Shown: positions 27,522 to 37,729 of the stretch, in pieces | How the letters are laid out: each line of letters starts with the position of its first letter | Position numbering within the stretch: position 1 is the first letter of the stretch | Assembly: GCA_050031985.1 (NCBI GenBank) | Contig: JBNAIG010000018.1 | Location: forward strand, 28,781 to 92,780 | DNA length: 64,000 bases | Source: Spirochaetaceae bacterium | Lineage (GTDB): Bacteria; Spirochaetota; Spirochaetia; DSM-2461 | Direction of reading: 5' to 3' | Notes under the pieces: generated by a model | Databases searched by the model: none | What the model saw: only the letters and a program-made list of their open reading frames with translations | What the model was told of the DNA's origin: nothing | Program-made: the position numbers and the translations under genes

Positions 27522-28252
27522 TAGAACAACGCCTCCTCCGTAAAGAGCCGATCCTCCAGTTCTATGTCTATTTTAATGTCATGGAGTTTCAGTTCCGTGT
27601 GGGAATCCCCCTTAATCACATCCCGGAGAATCATGTGGGAAATAACGAACTTGTCATCTACTTCCAGGTAGTCGAGCACCTCTATCGTTTTGAGGTGGAC
27701 ATCCCGTTTGGAGTAGTATTCTCCGTAGACCAGAACGTAGGACTCCTTGTTAATCCAGAGAATCTGCTTGTAGTAGGGGGCTGTCCTCTGCTTGGCGCTC
27801 AATTCCACCACATAGCACTCCTGGCCCTTTTTAAGTTCCGTCCCTTCCAGGGAGGTATAATATTTATCCAGAGTGTCATTCCCTTCGCTCACATCCTCGT
27901 AGGACACGTCGCCAAAAAGGGAATCTTTTAGGGCCGAACCGCTTAGACGAATGGTCTCTTCCGCATCCGGGTCGTAAAGGTACATGGTATCGTCCACGCG
28001 GAGCACCTTTTGGCCCGCTTCTTCCACGTTTGTGAATTCCAGAAGGAATTCCTTATCCCCCCGGCTCCAACTGTCGAAGGTGCTGGTAATATCACCAAAG
28101 CGGTCGTGGGAGATCATGGTTCCCGATGACGTTTGGGTGTCGAAGGACTGGAGGTCGTCGGCCTTTTCGATGATCTCGTCCCCTGTTATGGCGTAGAGGG
28201 AATTCAGGCTGAGGCATAAGGCGATTAAGGCTGACTTGGCTAGAAATTTCAT
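27521..28252 (-). CDS. Outer-membrane lipoprotein-sorting (LolA-like) periplasmic protein
   Basis: Signal peptide MKFLAKSALIALCLSLNSLYA. About 220-aa soluble domain with LolA-like beta-sandwich sequence pattern (COG2834-like). Embedded between FtsX permease genes. Confidence 0.6.
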   Translation of the reverse strand: MKFLAKSALIALCLSLNSLYAITGDEIIEKADDLQSFDTQTSSGTMISHDRFGDITSTFDSWSRGDKEFLLEFTNVEEAGQKVLRVDDTMYLYDPDAEETIRLSGSALKDSLFGDVSYEDVSEGNDTLDKYYTSLEGTELKKGQECYVVELSAKQRTAPYYKQILWINKESYVLVYGEYYSKRDVHLKTIEVLDYLEVDDKFVISHMILRDVIKGDSHTELKLHDIKIDIELEDRLFTEEALF

Positions 28253-28268
28253 GGTTGACTCCTTTTGT

Positions 28269-29516
28269 TTATATAGCCCTGAGGGCGTCCACCGGCTCGA
28301 TTTTCGCCGCCCGGCGGGAAGGGATGAAGGTTGAGAGGGAGGCTACGGCCACGGAGTAGACGAATACCAGGGCCGTGTTGCGCAGACTCAATCCCAAATA
28401 GAGATAGTTGGACATGCTGAATCCTTCTATGCCGTCCATCATATCTCCCATGGGGATGCCCGAAGTGCCTATTGAGAGAATAATCACTATCCCGATGACC
28501 ATACCGATCAGAGCCCCCAGGGCGCTGATGAAAAAGGCCTCCAGGAAGAAGAGCCGGGTTAGCTCTTTGCCCCGCATACCCATGGCTCCCATGGTACCGA
28601 TTTCCCCCATCCGCTCATAGATGACCATAATCGTCGTATTGATAATGACCGAACTTCCCAGGACAAAGAAGAACAGGGCGAACACGTTGTACACGTTCTT
28701 CCCCAGGTTCATCATACCCCAGATCAGGTTGGTTTCCAGCCAGGACTGAATAATTAGTTCCGGGAAGGCCGGTCCCTGTTCGCTGCGGAGAAGGGCGGCG
28801 GCCTCATCGGCGGTCATCACATCCTCATCTACCATAAGGAGAATTTCCGAAAGGGCGTCGTTCATAAGGAGCAGTCGCTGGGCCGTGTCCAGGGGAATAA
28901 GCACATGGGTGCCGTTGAGAGCTCCCACCGGGTAGGCCAGGAGTCCCACCACTTCCACGGTAAAATGTTTTTGCTGCCGGTTAGCCTTCATGGTAAGAAT
29001 GGTGATTTTGTCCGGTGTTGAATCGGTCAGGTCCAGCCCCATTCGCTCGGCCAGCTTAACCCCAATGACAGCTTCCCGCGATCCGGGGGTGGGGAATCGG
29101 CCCTGAATCAGGCTGTCCTCCAGCTCTTGGAACTCCTTCTCCTGTTCAAAGTCGACTCCCTTGCCCAGAACATTGTACTCCCGGTCTTCCCGGTAGATGC
29201 GTCCGGGGAAATTGATTCGTTCGGAGATTTTCGTTACCCAGGGATAGGAGGCGAAGGTTTCCGCCGTGGCGGTGGCGTTTTGTACCACCAAGTGGGAGGG
29301 GTTGAGCCGTTCGTATTTGTCAAACTCGGCGTTGCGAATACGAATCATTCCCGTATTGTAGCGCTGCTCGTTTCGGGCCATATCGTCGAGCATTCCGTCC
29401 ATCATACCGAACAGGAGGACAATGCTCATGGTGGCCACGGCGATGGCCGAGCCGGAAAGAATGCTTCTCCGCCGGTTTCGCAAAATGTTTCTGTAAGCTA
29501 TTTTCGCTAGTTTCAT
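28269..29516 (-). CDS. ABC transporter permease, FtsX/MacB/LolC-E family
   Basis: Likely start is MKLAKIAYRNILRNRRRSIL at 29516 (track ORF extends to 29651). Same architecture as the neighbouring FtsX permeases. Confidence 0.8.
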   Translation of the reverse strand: MKLAKIAYRNILRNRRRSILSGSAIAVATMSIVLLFGMMDGMLDDMARNEQRYNTGMIRIRNAEFDKYERLNPSHLVVQNATATAETFASYPWVTKISERINFPGRIYREDREYNVLGKGVDFEQEKEFQELEDSLIQGRFPTPGSREAVIGVKLAERMGLDLTDSTPDKITILTMKANRQQKHFTVEVVGLLAYPVGALNGTHVLIPLDTAQRLLLMNDALSEILLMVDEDVMTADEAAALLRSEQGPAFPELIIQSWLETNLIWGMMNLGKNVYNVFALFFFVLGSSVIINTTIMVIYERMGEIGTMGAMGMRGKELTRLFFLEAFFISALGALIGMVIGIVIILSIGTSGIPMGDMMDGIEGFSMSNYLYLGLSLRNTALVFVYSVAVASLSTFIPSRRAAKIEPVDALRAI

Positions 29517-29527
29517 AGCCTCGCTCC

Positions 29528-30784
29528 TTATGTGTACCTTAAACAATCGGTGATTTTCATACCTGTTAACTTCCGGGTAACCAAAAGGGAAATCGTTCCG
29601 CAAATCGCTACGCCGGCTACCAGGGAGATCAGGTAATCTCGGAGTATCCATACTCCGTACATCATCCCCGAAACGCGGTAACCAATTTTCATATCCTTAA
29701 GCAGGTTGCCGTAGTTTATCCCGATTTTTACCAGGATAAGATTGGCCCCGGCTCCCCAAATAATCCCTACGATTCCCCCTAGCAGGCCGATTCCCACCGC
29801 CTCAATCAGGAAGGTTTTGCGCAAATCCCCGTCGGTCATTCCCAGGGCCCGGAGCATACCCAGTTCCCGGGTTCGTTCGAACAAACTCATCAGCACCGTG
29901 TTGGAGATGCCGATGGCGGCGATGAGCACCACCAGGGAGAGAATGGCGTAGGCCGAGTTTTGCTTCCCCGCGGCGATGGCCATAAAGTCGGCGGCCCACT
30001 CTTCCCAGGAGTGAAATTCCGCCCCCGTGCCGGCGAGCAGATGGTGCAGTTTTTCTACCGATCCCCGGGGCGGTTGGGGGTTGGGGCCAAGGCTGACTAC
30101 GGCCTGGGTGTAGAGCCCGTCCATTTCCAGGTAGTCATCGGCCACGGTCAGGTCTATGAAAACTACACCGGTGTTCACATAGGGGTCGGGGCAGTCCAGA
30201 ATACCGGCCACTTCCAGTTCCAACAGTTCTTCGCTGCCGAATCGTGTTTTTACCCGTAAAGAGACAGGATAGCCTACTTGGGCTCCCATATCTTCCGCCA
30301 GCCACCGGCCCAGAAGCACCCCCTCTTCGTCGGGAGTCAGGAAATGCCCTTCCGAAACAACCCGATTCAGGTCGTAAACGTCACCGTCTCTCTCCGGATC
30401 GAGGGCCACCACTTCCACCGCCAAGTATCCCGACTCTTCCCAGGGCGCCCCCCGGAATATCAGTTCGCCTGTCAGTTCTATACGGGGTGTCCAGCTTACT
30501 CCCTCATCGGTCAGTTTTTGGCCCAGTTCGGGGGGGAGAGTTTCCTTAAGGGGGCGTGACTCCCGGTCTTCCCAGTAGGCCGGTGTTACAATCCGCCCCG
30601 AACCGCTTTCATAGCGCATAATATTGATGATGGAGTCCTCGCTGACCCCCATGAGGAGGGAGTCCATGAGGATGAACATCATAAGTCCCATAGCCACAGC
30701 GAAAGCGGTAATTATGGTCCGTCTTTTGTAACGGAGAAGGTTTCTGAAACCCAGTTTTACCAGCTTCATTTTCGGCCTCCCCAA
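29528..30784 (-). CDS. ABC transporter permease, FtsX/MacB/LolC-E family
   Basis: MKLVKLGFRNLLRYKRRTIITAFAVAMGLMMFIL..., large periplasmic loop, C-terminal FtsX domain. Confidence 0.8.
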   Translation of the reverse strand: MGRPKMKLVKLGFRNLLRYKRRTIITAFAVAMGLMMFILMDSLLMGVSEDSIINIMRYESGSGRIVTPAYWEDRESRPLKETLPPELGQKLTDEGVSWTPRIELTGELIFRGAPWEESGYLAVEVVALDPERDGDVYDLNRVVSEGHFLTPDEEGVLLGRWLAEDMGAQVGYPVSLRVKTRFGSEELLELEVAGILDCPDPYVNTGVVFIDLTVADDYLEMDGLYTQAVVSLGPNPQPPRGSVEKLHHLLAGTGAEFHSWEEWAADFMAIAAGKQNSAYAILSLVVLIAAIGISNTVLMSLFERTRELGMLRALGMTDGDLRKTFLIEAVGIGLLGGIVGIIWGAGANLILVKIGINYGNLLKDMKIGYRVSGMMYGVWILRDYLISLVAGVAICGTISLLVTRKLTGMKITDCLRYT

Positions 30785-30792
30785 TAGTCCCG

Positions 30793-31470
30793 CTAGCGGG
30801 TCTCGTCGCTTTGGATCAGCCCGTCATGAAGGAGGACAAGCCGTTTGGCATAATCCATCACCATCTTATCGTGGGTCGAGAAGATAAAGGTGGTGCCGTG
30901 CTTTTCATTCATCTCCCGCATTAGCTTGAGTATGTCTTCACCCGTGTGGGAGTCCAGGTTGGCCGTGGGTTCGTCGGCCAGGATAATCTTGGGGTTCTTG
31001 ACCAGAGCCCGGGCTATGGCCACTCGCTGCTGCTGTCCGCCGGAGAGCTTGTTGGGACGGCGGTTTTCCATCCCCTCCAAACCGACTTCCTTGAGGATAG
31101 CCATGGTGCGTTCCTTTATCTCTTTGTCATCCAGATCAAGGAGATTCAGGGCGAAGGCCACATTTTCATAGGCGGTGAGGACCGGAATCAGGTTGTAGCT
31201 CTGAAAGATGAATCCCAGAGTTTCCCGGCGGAAAAGGGCCTTTTCGTCCTTGTTCAGCTCAAAGACCGGCTTCTCATCAATCAGGATTCTTCCGCTGTCC
31301 AGGCTGTCAATGCAGCCAATCAGGTTCAGAAGAGTTGTCTTCCCCGAGCCGGAGGGGCCCGCTATGGAGATAAATTCCCCGTCGGAAATGGTCAGATCCA
31401 CACCGCGCAGGGCTTCTACTTCCACATCTCCCGTTACATAGGTTTTTTTCACTTGCTCGATGGTAATCAC
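30793..31470 (-). CDS. ABC transporter ATP-binding protein (LolD/MacB-ATPase-like)
   Basis: Walker [11 protein letters not shown]-loop, ABC signature [15 protein letters not shown], Walker B ILADEPT, H-loop STHD. 225 aa. Confidence 0.9.
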   Translation of the reverse strand: MITIEQVKKTYVTGDVEVEALRGVDLTISDGEFISIAGPSGSGKTTLLNLIGCIDSLDSGRILIDEKPVFELNKDEKALFRRETLGFIFQSYNLIPVLTAYENVAFALNLLDLDDKEIKERTMAILKEVGLEGMENRRPNKLSGGQQQRVAIARALVKNPKIILADEPTANLDSHTGEDILKLMREMNEKHGTTFIFSTHDKMVMDYAKRLVLLHDGLIQSDETR

Positions 31471-32534
31471 TGCTTTTTCTCCTTGCTCAAGGCCGCCGCG
31501 CCGAGGGGCACGCCCAGGTTCATCTGGTCCATGGCGGAGGAGGGCATCATCATAAGGGTGCCTTCCTTGGTTTTTAAGCCTTCATAAACCATGTTCATCG
31601 AACGCAGTTTAAGGGCCGTTTCGTTGTTCTTATATTTTTCCGAGGCGGCGTCAAAGTTCTCCGCCACGGCGATTTCCGCTTCACTCAAGATAATCCGGGA
31701 CTGCTTTTCCCGTTCCGCCTGGGCTTTTTTACTCATCGCATCTTCCAGGGCTTGGGGGATAATCACATCGGTGAATTCCACAGAGAGAATCGTAATACCC
31801 CAGGGGTTGGTTTTATGATCCAGGGCTTGCTGAATTTCCCGTCCCATCTCTTCTCTTTCGGAAAGGAGAGAGGCCAAGTCGTGCCGTCCTATGGCATCGC
31901 GCAGGGCCGTTTGGGCGGAAAGGGCCACCGCTTCCTCGTAGTTTTCCACTTCCAGAACGGCTTTTTTGGCATCCCATATCATCCAGAAGCAGAGGGCGTC
32001 CACATGAACGGGAACCGTGTCCAGGGTCAGGCTTTTTTCCGCCGTAAAATCGGTGGCCCGGATGCGGGTGTCCACATGGGCGGTCACTTTCTCCGCCAGG
32101 GGAATGATGAAGAAGAGGCCCGGTCCTTTGATTCTATGGAAACGGCCGAAGCGGAGTATAACTACCTTGTCCCAGTGATAAACCAGCTGGGTGGCGCAGG
32201 AGACATAGAGGCCGATTCCTCCAAAGCTGAGAAGGGTAATATAGTCCAGGCCGAATTCCTTGATTCCCAAGAGACCGGCAAAAAGGAATTCCATAAGAAT
32301 CGTCACACCCCAAAAGGAGAACACTGTCATTATTGCTCCGGCAATAAAGAAGTAGATAGACAGTTCCATCACCCGCTCAATATCTACGGGGAAGAAAATC
32401 AGCTGGACCAGGGCACCTATTCCCACAAACAGTCCCAAAACGAGCCAGGAAAAGGCGTTAAAGCTGTAATCGGGTCGGGGAAGCTTTAATTTGCTGTTCT
32501 TAATCCTTTCGCTTTTTTGTTTTAAGAGGTTCAT
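31467..32534 (-). CDS. SPFH/band-7 (stomatin/slipin-like) membrane protein
   Basis: N-terminal TM helices followed by the SPFH domain (KVVILRFGRFHRIKGPGLFFIIPLAEKV...DTVPVHVDALCFW...) and a C-terminal coiled coil. Overlaps the ATPase gene by 4 nt. Confidence 0.8.
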   Translation of the reverse strand: MNLLKQKSERIKNSKLKLPRPDYSFNAFSWLVLGLFVGIGALVQLIFFPVDIERVMELSIYFFIAGAIMTVFSFWGVTILMEFLFAGLLGIKEFGLDYITLLSFGGIGLYVSCATQLVYHWDKVVILRFGRFHRIKGPGLFFIIPLAEKVTAHVDTRIRATDFTAEKSLTLDTVPVHVDALCFWMIWDAKKAVLEVENYEEAVALSAQTALRDAIGRHDLASLLSEREEMGREIQQALDHKTNPWGITILSVEFTDVIIPQALEDAMSKKAQAEREKQSRIILSEAEIAVAENFDAASEKYKNNETALKLRSMNMVYEGLKTKEGTLMMMPSSAMDQMNLGVPLGAAALSKEKKQ

Positions 32535-32925
32535 TTTCTCTCATCTCCTGTAGATAGTTTATGACTTGATCCATATCAATGCCATAGGAATTCGCTTTTA
32601 CTATAAAATCCCGTGTCAGGGAGGCCAGGATCCTTTCTCGTTCCACGGCAGACAGTTCTATTTCCTTCTCTGAAATAAAGGTTCCCGTTCCCTGTTGGGT
32701 GTTTACCACTCCGCGGATTTCCAGTTCCCGATAGGCCCGTGAGATGGTATTCGGATTGATTTTAAGGTCCACCGCCAGACTGCGGACGGTGGGAAGCTGT
32801 TCTCCCGTAACCAGGCGCCCGTCGGCAATAGCCATTTCTACCTGAAGAATTACTTGCTTGTAGTAGGGAACACCGCTTTTGGGGTCGAGAGAGAAGGATA
32901 GGCTTTCAATTTCCTTTGCCGCCAT
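32500..32925 (-). CDS. GntR family transcriptional regulator (short, YtrA-like)
   Basis: winged-HTH GEQLPTVRSLAVDLKINPNTISRAYRELEIRGVVNTQQGTGTFIS. 141 aa. First gene of the SPFH/ABC/FtsX operon. Confidence 0.8.
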   Translation of the reverse strand: MAAKEIESLSFSLDPKSGVPYYKQVILQVEMAIADGRLVTGEQLPTVRSLAVDLKINPNTISRAYRELEIRGVVNTQQGTGTFISEKEIELSAVERERILASLTRDFIVKANSYGIDMDQVINYLQEMRENEPLKTKKRKD

Positions 32926-33018
32926 CGTTTTAATTTCCTATTTATATATTGTACTAATATTATAGTACAATATAAGTCTAGTCCGACTTTAGGGAATTGT
33001 CAAGGGAATGTTGCGGTA

Positions 33019-33672
33019 TTACTCGGACTTTTGGTGAATCAAATCCTGTACGCCAAAAGAAGAGACAGGAACTGTTTTTACCGAAGGAAAATCGTTCCGG
33101 CAGCTAAAAAGAAGATGGAGGCATTCATTAACAAGATTTTCGCCGCAATGATCCCTTTGGAAAATTATACTGGGATTGGTACAATTCATATGCCCCTCTG
33201 TTACGGTGGAGAGTGTGTCGGTAAAGCTCATATAGGACTTTTCCGCTTCCCGAATACTAAGACACTGCATAAGCATATAGGTTCTTTTGTTGCTCTGGAT
33301 TTGCGGGTAGTTGCGATTCAGTTTGTCTATGTCAAAGGGGATTCTCTTTGTGCTTTCGGACATGACCTGTTCTATCCACCAACTGAGCTCATCCAGATAG
33401 GGGGAATCCCTTCTATGGTGCAAATATTTTACGGCAAAAAGATTAGCCATGTGGTCTTCATAAGCTCCTCCCGGAGCGGTGTCATTGAGATTGAAATAGT
33501 CTCTCAATAGTTGACCGAAGGCATGAGCCACACCGAACTTAGGAAAATAAAAACGAGAGAACGCTCCGGCACAGGATTCGGACATTTTCATTCCTCGGGC
33601 GAATTTCTTTTTGTCCGTGGGAGAAATGTGATTCCAGGCACTGTATTCTATTGTGTATTGATTCATTGTCAT
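33019..33672 (-). CDS. Hypothetical protein
   Basis: 217-aa soluble ORF with good coding periodicity and several His/Cys residues. No recognisable motif. Sits 93 nt upstream of the GntR gene on the same strand. Confidence 0.4.
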   Translation of the reverse strand: MTMNQYTIEYSAWNHISPTDKKKFARGMKMSESCAGAFSRFYFPKFGVAHAFGQLLRDYFNLNDTAPGGAYEDHMANLFAVKYLHHRRDSPYLDELSWWIEQVMSESTKRIPFDIDKLNRNYPQIQSNKRTYMLMQCLSIREAEKSYMSFTDTLSTVTEGHMNCTNPSIIFQRDHCGENLVNECLHLLFSCRNDFPSVKTVPVSSFGVQDLIHQKSE

Positions 33673-33693
33673 TTTTTTAAATTTTCACTCCAA

Positions 33694-35295
33694 TTATTTT
33701 AACTTCTCCCCGAATACCTTTACGAATTCATTCAGTGCGTTGGATTTTTCCTGCAGTTCCAGGGAGGATTCGCGAATCAATTTTGTTCCCTGTCGGATCT
33801 CACCCATGCTGGAGCCCAGATTCTGGACGAAATTTCCCAATTTATCGATATTTTCTCGGGTTCCCGTTTCCTGCTGACGCACGGAATCCACGCTTTCGCT
33901 TACCCGGGAGGTAAGGGAGTTCATCGCTGTGGTGGCTCTGAGTATCTCGTCATTCCCGGCGGCCAGTTCCTTGACGCTGTTGCTAATTTCTTCCATGGCA
34001 TCTCCCACCTGGCGCACTTCCGTACTGATGCCGGAAAAGGTAGTTCCCGAGTTTTCCACATTGTTTCCGGCCGCCTCTATGGAGCTGACCAGCTGGGCTA
34101 TCGTTTCGCTTACCTGTTTCGCATTGACCGCGCTTGATTCGGCCAGCTTGCGTACTTCATCGGCCACGACCGCGAACCCCCGGCCCGCTTCCCCCGCATG
34201 GGCTGCCTCGATGGCGGCGTTCATGGCCAGGAGATTGGTCTGGCTTGCCACGGCGGAAATGATGGTGATCATCTGTTTGACGCTATCCAGATGGTCCAGA
34301 ACCTCTTTGAAGGAAAGGGTAGTCCGATTAATCACTCCCGCTCCTTCTTCGGCGCTTTGCACCAGTTGTTTGACAGAGGTCATTTTATTGTCTATGACCT
34401 GAGAGACATTGGCTATGGACGCAACCATTTCCTCCAGGGCGGCACTGGTCTGGGTTATATTGTTTGACTGATCCACAGCAACATTCTCCAATGTGTCCAT
34501 GTGGTGGGAAATCTGATTTAGCGAGTTCCGGGAGGATTCATACTGTCCCTCCAGATGGCTCACCTTGTCCACTATTCCCTTGATGTTTTCTTCGATTTCC
34601 ACAATGGCCGAGGCGGATTCTACGGCCTGGTCTTCCATCCCTTGTGCTTCCATGAGGCCCGATTGGGCTTCCAGAGCCAGAGTACGCATCCGTTTGCCGT
34701 TTATTACCGACTCTTCCAGCTTACTCATGGCGTCGGCAATCAGTTTGTCTATGGTTCTTCTAAGGAGGAGGGAGAACAGGATAAGGAGGACATACATTAT
34801 AAGGGGCGTTACCAGCTGATCCGCCAGAGTTCCGGTTAATTCGGTGAATTGTCCCGTGAGGGAAATGATGAGGATGTTGGCAAATGAGAGAGTTACCGTT
34901 ATGGAAAGAGCATAGGTGAGCCGCCGAAACTGATTCAGGAAGAAGAGGGCGGAGAGGATAATCAGGGTTGAAACAAGAAGATTCTGTCCCAGGACATACT
35001 CCCCGGAATATCCGTCGATAATATCGGAGACTCCTACGAGAAGGGCCAGGGTAAAAACAAAGAGGGTGGAGGATAATTCGTAATTCCCTTTGCGCAGAAT
35101 GATGAGGCTTACAAGGATAAGGCCCAAAATCAAGGTATTGGTAAAGAAATCCACCCAAGTGAATCCTCCCGCATACTGGAGGACAGAAAGAATCAGCATG
35201 AGCCCCACTCCGGCAAGGAGGAAGGCTTGAAGCACCGGGGCTTTAAGTTGTGTTTCATAGTTACTTTTGGCAAACGATTTTTTGATAAGGTTCAT
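33694..35295 (-). CDS. Methyl-accepting chemotaxis protein (multi-TM N-terminal sensor)
   Basis: MCP signalling hairpin [37 protein letters not shown]. About 5 N-terminal TM helices. Confidence 0.85.
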   Translation of the reverse strand: MNLIKKSFAKSNYETQLKAPVLQAFLLAGVGLMLILSVLQYAGGFTWVDFFTNTLILGLILVSLIILRKGNYELSSTLFVFTLALLVGVSDIIDGYSGEYVLGQNLLVSTLIILSALFFLNQFRRLTYALSITVTLSFANILIISLTGQFTELTGTLADQLVTPLIMYVLLILFSLLLRRTIDKLIADAMSKLEESVINGKRMRTLALEAQSGLMEAQGMEDQAVESASAIVEIEENIKGIVDKVSHLEGQYESSRNSLNQISHHMDTLENVAVDQSNNITQTSAALEEMVASIANVSQVIDNKMTSVKQLVQSAEEGAGVINRTTLSFKEVLDHLDSVKQMITIISAVASQTNLLAMNAAIEAAHAGEAGRGFAVVADEVRKLAESSAVNAKQVSETIAQLVSSIEAAGNNVENSGTTFSGISTEVRQVGDAMEEISNSVKELAAGNDEILRATTAMNSLTSRVSESVDSVRQQETGTRENIDKLGNFVQNLGSSMGEIRQGTKLIRESSLELQEKSNALNEFVKVFGEKLK

Positions 35296-35405
35296 ATTAG
35301 CTCCTGAGAATAATTTTAAGTCTTACCCCGGGTAAAAGCAAATAAAAAGCCCCGGCCGTTGGAGGACGGCCGGGGCAGGTTTGGGGAAGTGAAAAAATCT
35401 ATTGT

Positions 35406-36350
35406 TTAGTTGGGTGTCGTCTCATACTCAATAATAAAAGCGTAGTTCTGTCCGGGGGATCTGGTAAGACCGTAGGCTCCAACAGCTTCCATATAGTCTC
35501 CCCAGGTGGGAACGGGAAGGTTCATTTCACCGTAACCCATGATAGGCTGGCTTTCGCCGGAGTTGTTGGGCTGGGTATTGTCACGGGGGTCCTTGTCGGT
35601 TACGCCGTCATCCAGGTTTACCGCCCAGTTGGTCCAGTCCCATTCGTTACCGGAGAGCCAGAGCCAACCGCCGGCCGGTTCGGCTGAACCTTCAGGCTGG
35701 TAACCGCCCAGGAAGGGCCCGATGCTGATGCCGTAGTGGTCGCCGCCTTCTTCAAAGTGCCAGAAGTACTTGTCATCGTTAACTAATTCAAAAACAAAGG
35801 CGTTTTCTTCTTCCGTTTCGGGACAGGCCAGGTAACCGCCGGCATCCTCGGCCAGGTAAGCCGCCTGGTACCAGTTCAGGTTACCGCTTTTTACGTAGAT
35901 AACTTCGTAGTAGTGGGTGTCTCCGGCAGCGTTTGTGAAAGTTTCAACGGGAAGTCTTTCTATATCCACATCGGCGGGAAGCTCTTTCCAGGAAAAGGTG
36001 GGGTAGGTGGTAGGAACTTCGATACCGTTCAGGTTAAGGATGTACTGGTCTACTTCTACGTTTTCTTCACCCATGGGAGTCAGCTTGCTAAATACTTCTG
36101 TCAATTTGGCTTCTTCTATGCCGAGTTTGGCTGCGGCGTCTGCCATGTTGGCTGGACCGGCTTTGGGATCGCCCAGGGCTGCTTTCAGTTCGTCACCTGT
36201 AATGCCCAGTTCTGCAGCGGCATCATCAATAGTAAAAGGTGTCTGGGGTGCTGTTTCAACTGTTGTTTCCGTTTCATTGTTTCCCTTGGCAAAAAGGGTT
36301 CCTCCCGCAAGAAGGGCGAAAGTCATAAGAATAAGAAGTGTTTTCTTCAT
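35406..36350 (-). CDS. Secreted protein with C-type-lectin-like domain
   Basis: Signal peptide MKKTLLILMTFALLAGGTLFA (start at 36350; the track ORF begins at 36389). C-terminal part has a CTLD-like pattern (WYQAAYLAEDAGGYLACPETEEENAFV...GGWLWLSGNEWDWTNW). Confidence 0.45.
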   Translation of the reverse strand: MKKTLLILMTFALLAGGTLFAKGNNETETTVETAPQTPFTIDDAAAELGITGDELKAALGDPKAGPANMADAAAKLGIEEAKLTEVFSKLTPMGEENVEVDQYILNLNGIEVPTTYPTFSWKELPADVDIERLPVETFTNAAGDTHYYEVIYVKSGNLNWYQAAYLAEDAGGYLACPETEEENAFVFELVNDDKYFWHFEEGGDHYGISIGPFLGGYQPEGSAEPAGGWLWLSGNEWDWTNWAVNLDDGVTDKDPRDNTQPNNSGESQPIMGYGEMNLPVPTWGDYMEAVGAYGLTRSPGQNYAFIIEYETTPN

Positions 36351-36496
36351 GGTAATTCTCCTAAAATATTCGGGGCGGCGACTTTTCATTGCCGTTGCGC
36401 CCTGTTTGGGTTGAAATTGTTGAAGGAAATGTACTTTTTTTTATTATTTTTGCCTTCTCCGCCGACCGGGAAGAAAAAAAATGTTAAAATAGGGCC

Positions 36497-37726
36497 ATGT
36501 GGGAAACGTTTTTTTTCGTCTTTTTGATTATGGGGGCCGGTTGGACTATTTCCGGTGTGGGAAATTTAGTTCTAAAAAACCGGGAAAGAGAAAAGGGAAA
36601 ATCCGCTGCCCTTTTTGTCTTGGTGGTCTTCTTTCTTAATATTCTGGACAATCTTATCCGTCCCGGTGTCTTTAGCCGGGAGTTTGCAGAGGCGATTTAC
36701 CACTTTAGCCGGCCCAGTTATCTATTAGTCGGCCCGGCCTTTTTGTTTTATGTACGGGCTCTTTTGAGGGAAAAGGGGGCTTTTAAATTTTCTACGGCCT
36801 TTCATTTTATCCCTTTTACCTTAGGGTTAATTCATTTTCTTCGTTTTCCTTCTACCTTACATCCTGAGATAAAATTCGCCTCCGATAACATCAATGCAGG
36901 TCCTGCTCTCAACATGGACTCTCCTCCTGTAGCACCGCTTACCGGCTTTGATTTTCATTGGGATTTCTGGAAGAATATCTCCCTCATAGCCTATACGGTC
37001 GTTGTCCTTTTTCTCATCTATCGGCATAGAAAAAGAGTTCCCGACCTCTTCTCGTCCCTGGATAAATACACAACCCTCTCCTGGTTCCAGTATTTACTCT
37101 TCTTTTACAGTGGGATTTATATTATAAATATGGTTCTCCACACCCTTTTACCGGATAGTTCTCCGATTCATCAGGCTTCCATGGCATTGGTCCGTGTCCT
37201 TCCTCCTGTGGGTTTTGTTTTTTTCTTCTCTCTTTTTTCCGGCATACAACAAGTACGGGTCCCTCTTCCGGAAGCGTCCCCTGTATCGACGGGATGCCCA
37301 AAGGAAAGCCTCCCCGTAACAGAAGAAAAAAAAGAGAAGAAATACGAGAAATCGGGAATGGGGATTGAAGAGGTCCGCGAACTTTTTCAGCAGTTAAAGG
37401 GCTACCTGGAAGAGGAAAAATCCTACCTTGATCCCGAACTCACCCTGGAGGAGTTGGCGAACCTTATGGGAGAAACCCGCCACCGCCTTTCGGAAGTTAT
37501 CAACCGGGAGTCGGGGGACAAGTTTTACCGTTTTATTAATCATTATCGCCTGGAAGAGTTTAAAAGCGCCATCGAAGAAAACCGTTTTCCCGATTACACT
37601 ATCCTGGCGGTTGCCTTTGAGTGTGGGTTTCGTTCCCAGTCAGCCTTCTATAACCTTTTTAAGAAGGAAGAGGGGATGACCCCCCGGGCCTACGTCCTCC
37701 GGGTAAGTGAAAAAGAAGCAGGTTAG
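36497..37726 (+). CDS. Membrane-anchored AraC family transcriptional regulator
   Basis: Multi-TM N-terminal half. C-terminal LTLEELANLMGETRHRLSEVINRESGDKFYRFINHYRLEEFKSAIEENRFPDYTILAVAFECGFRSQSAFYNLFKKEEGMTPRAY is an AraC HTH. Same architecture as the paralog at 18459..19568. Confidence 0.75.
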   Translation: MWETFFFVFLIMGAGWTISGVGNLVLKNREREKGKSAALFVLVVFFLNILDNLIRPGVFSREFAEAIYHFSRPSYLLVGPAFLFYVRALLREKGAFKFSTAFHFIPFTLGLIHFLRFPSTLHPEIKFASDNINAGPALNMDSPPVAPLTGFDFHWDFWKNISLIAYTVVVLFLIYRHRKRVPDLFSSLDKYTTLSWFQYLLFFYSGIYIINMVLHTLLPDSSPIHQASMALVRVLPPVGFVFFFSLFSGIQQVRVPLPEASPVSTGCPKESLPVTEEKKEKKYEKSGMGIEEVRELFQQLKGYLEEEKSYLDPELTLEELANLMGETRHRLSEVINRESGDKFYRFINHYRLEEFKSAIEENRFPDYTILAVAFECGFRSQSAFYNLFKKEEGMTPRAYVLRVSEKEAG

Positions 37727-37729
37727 AAA

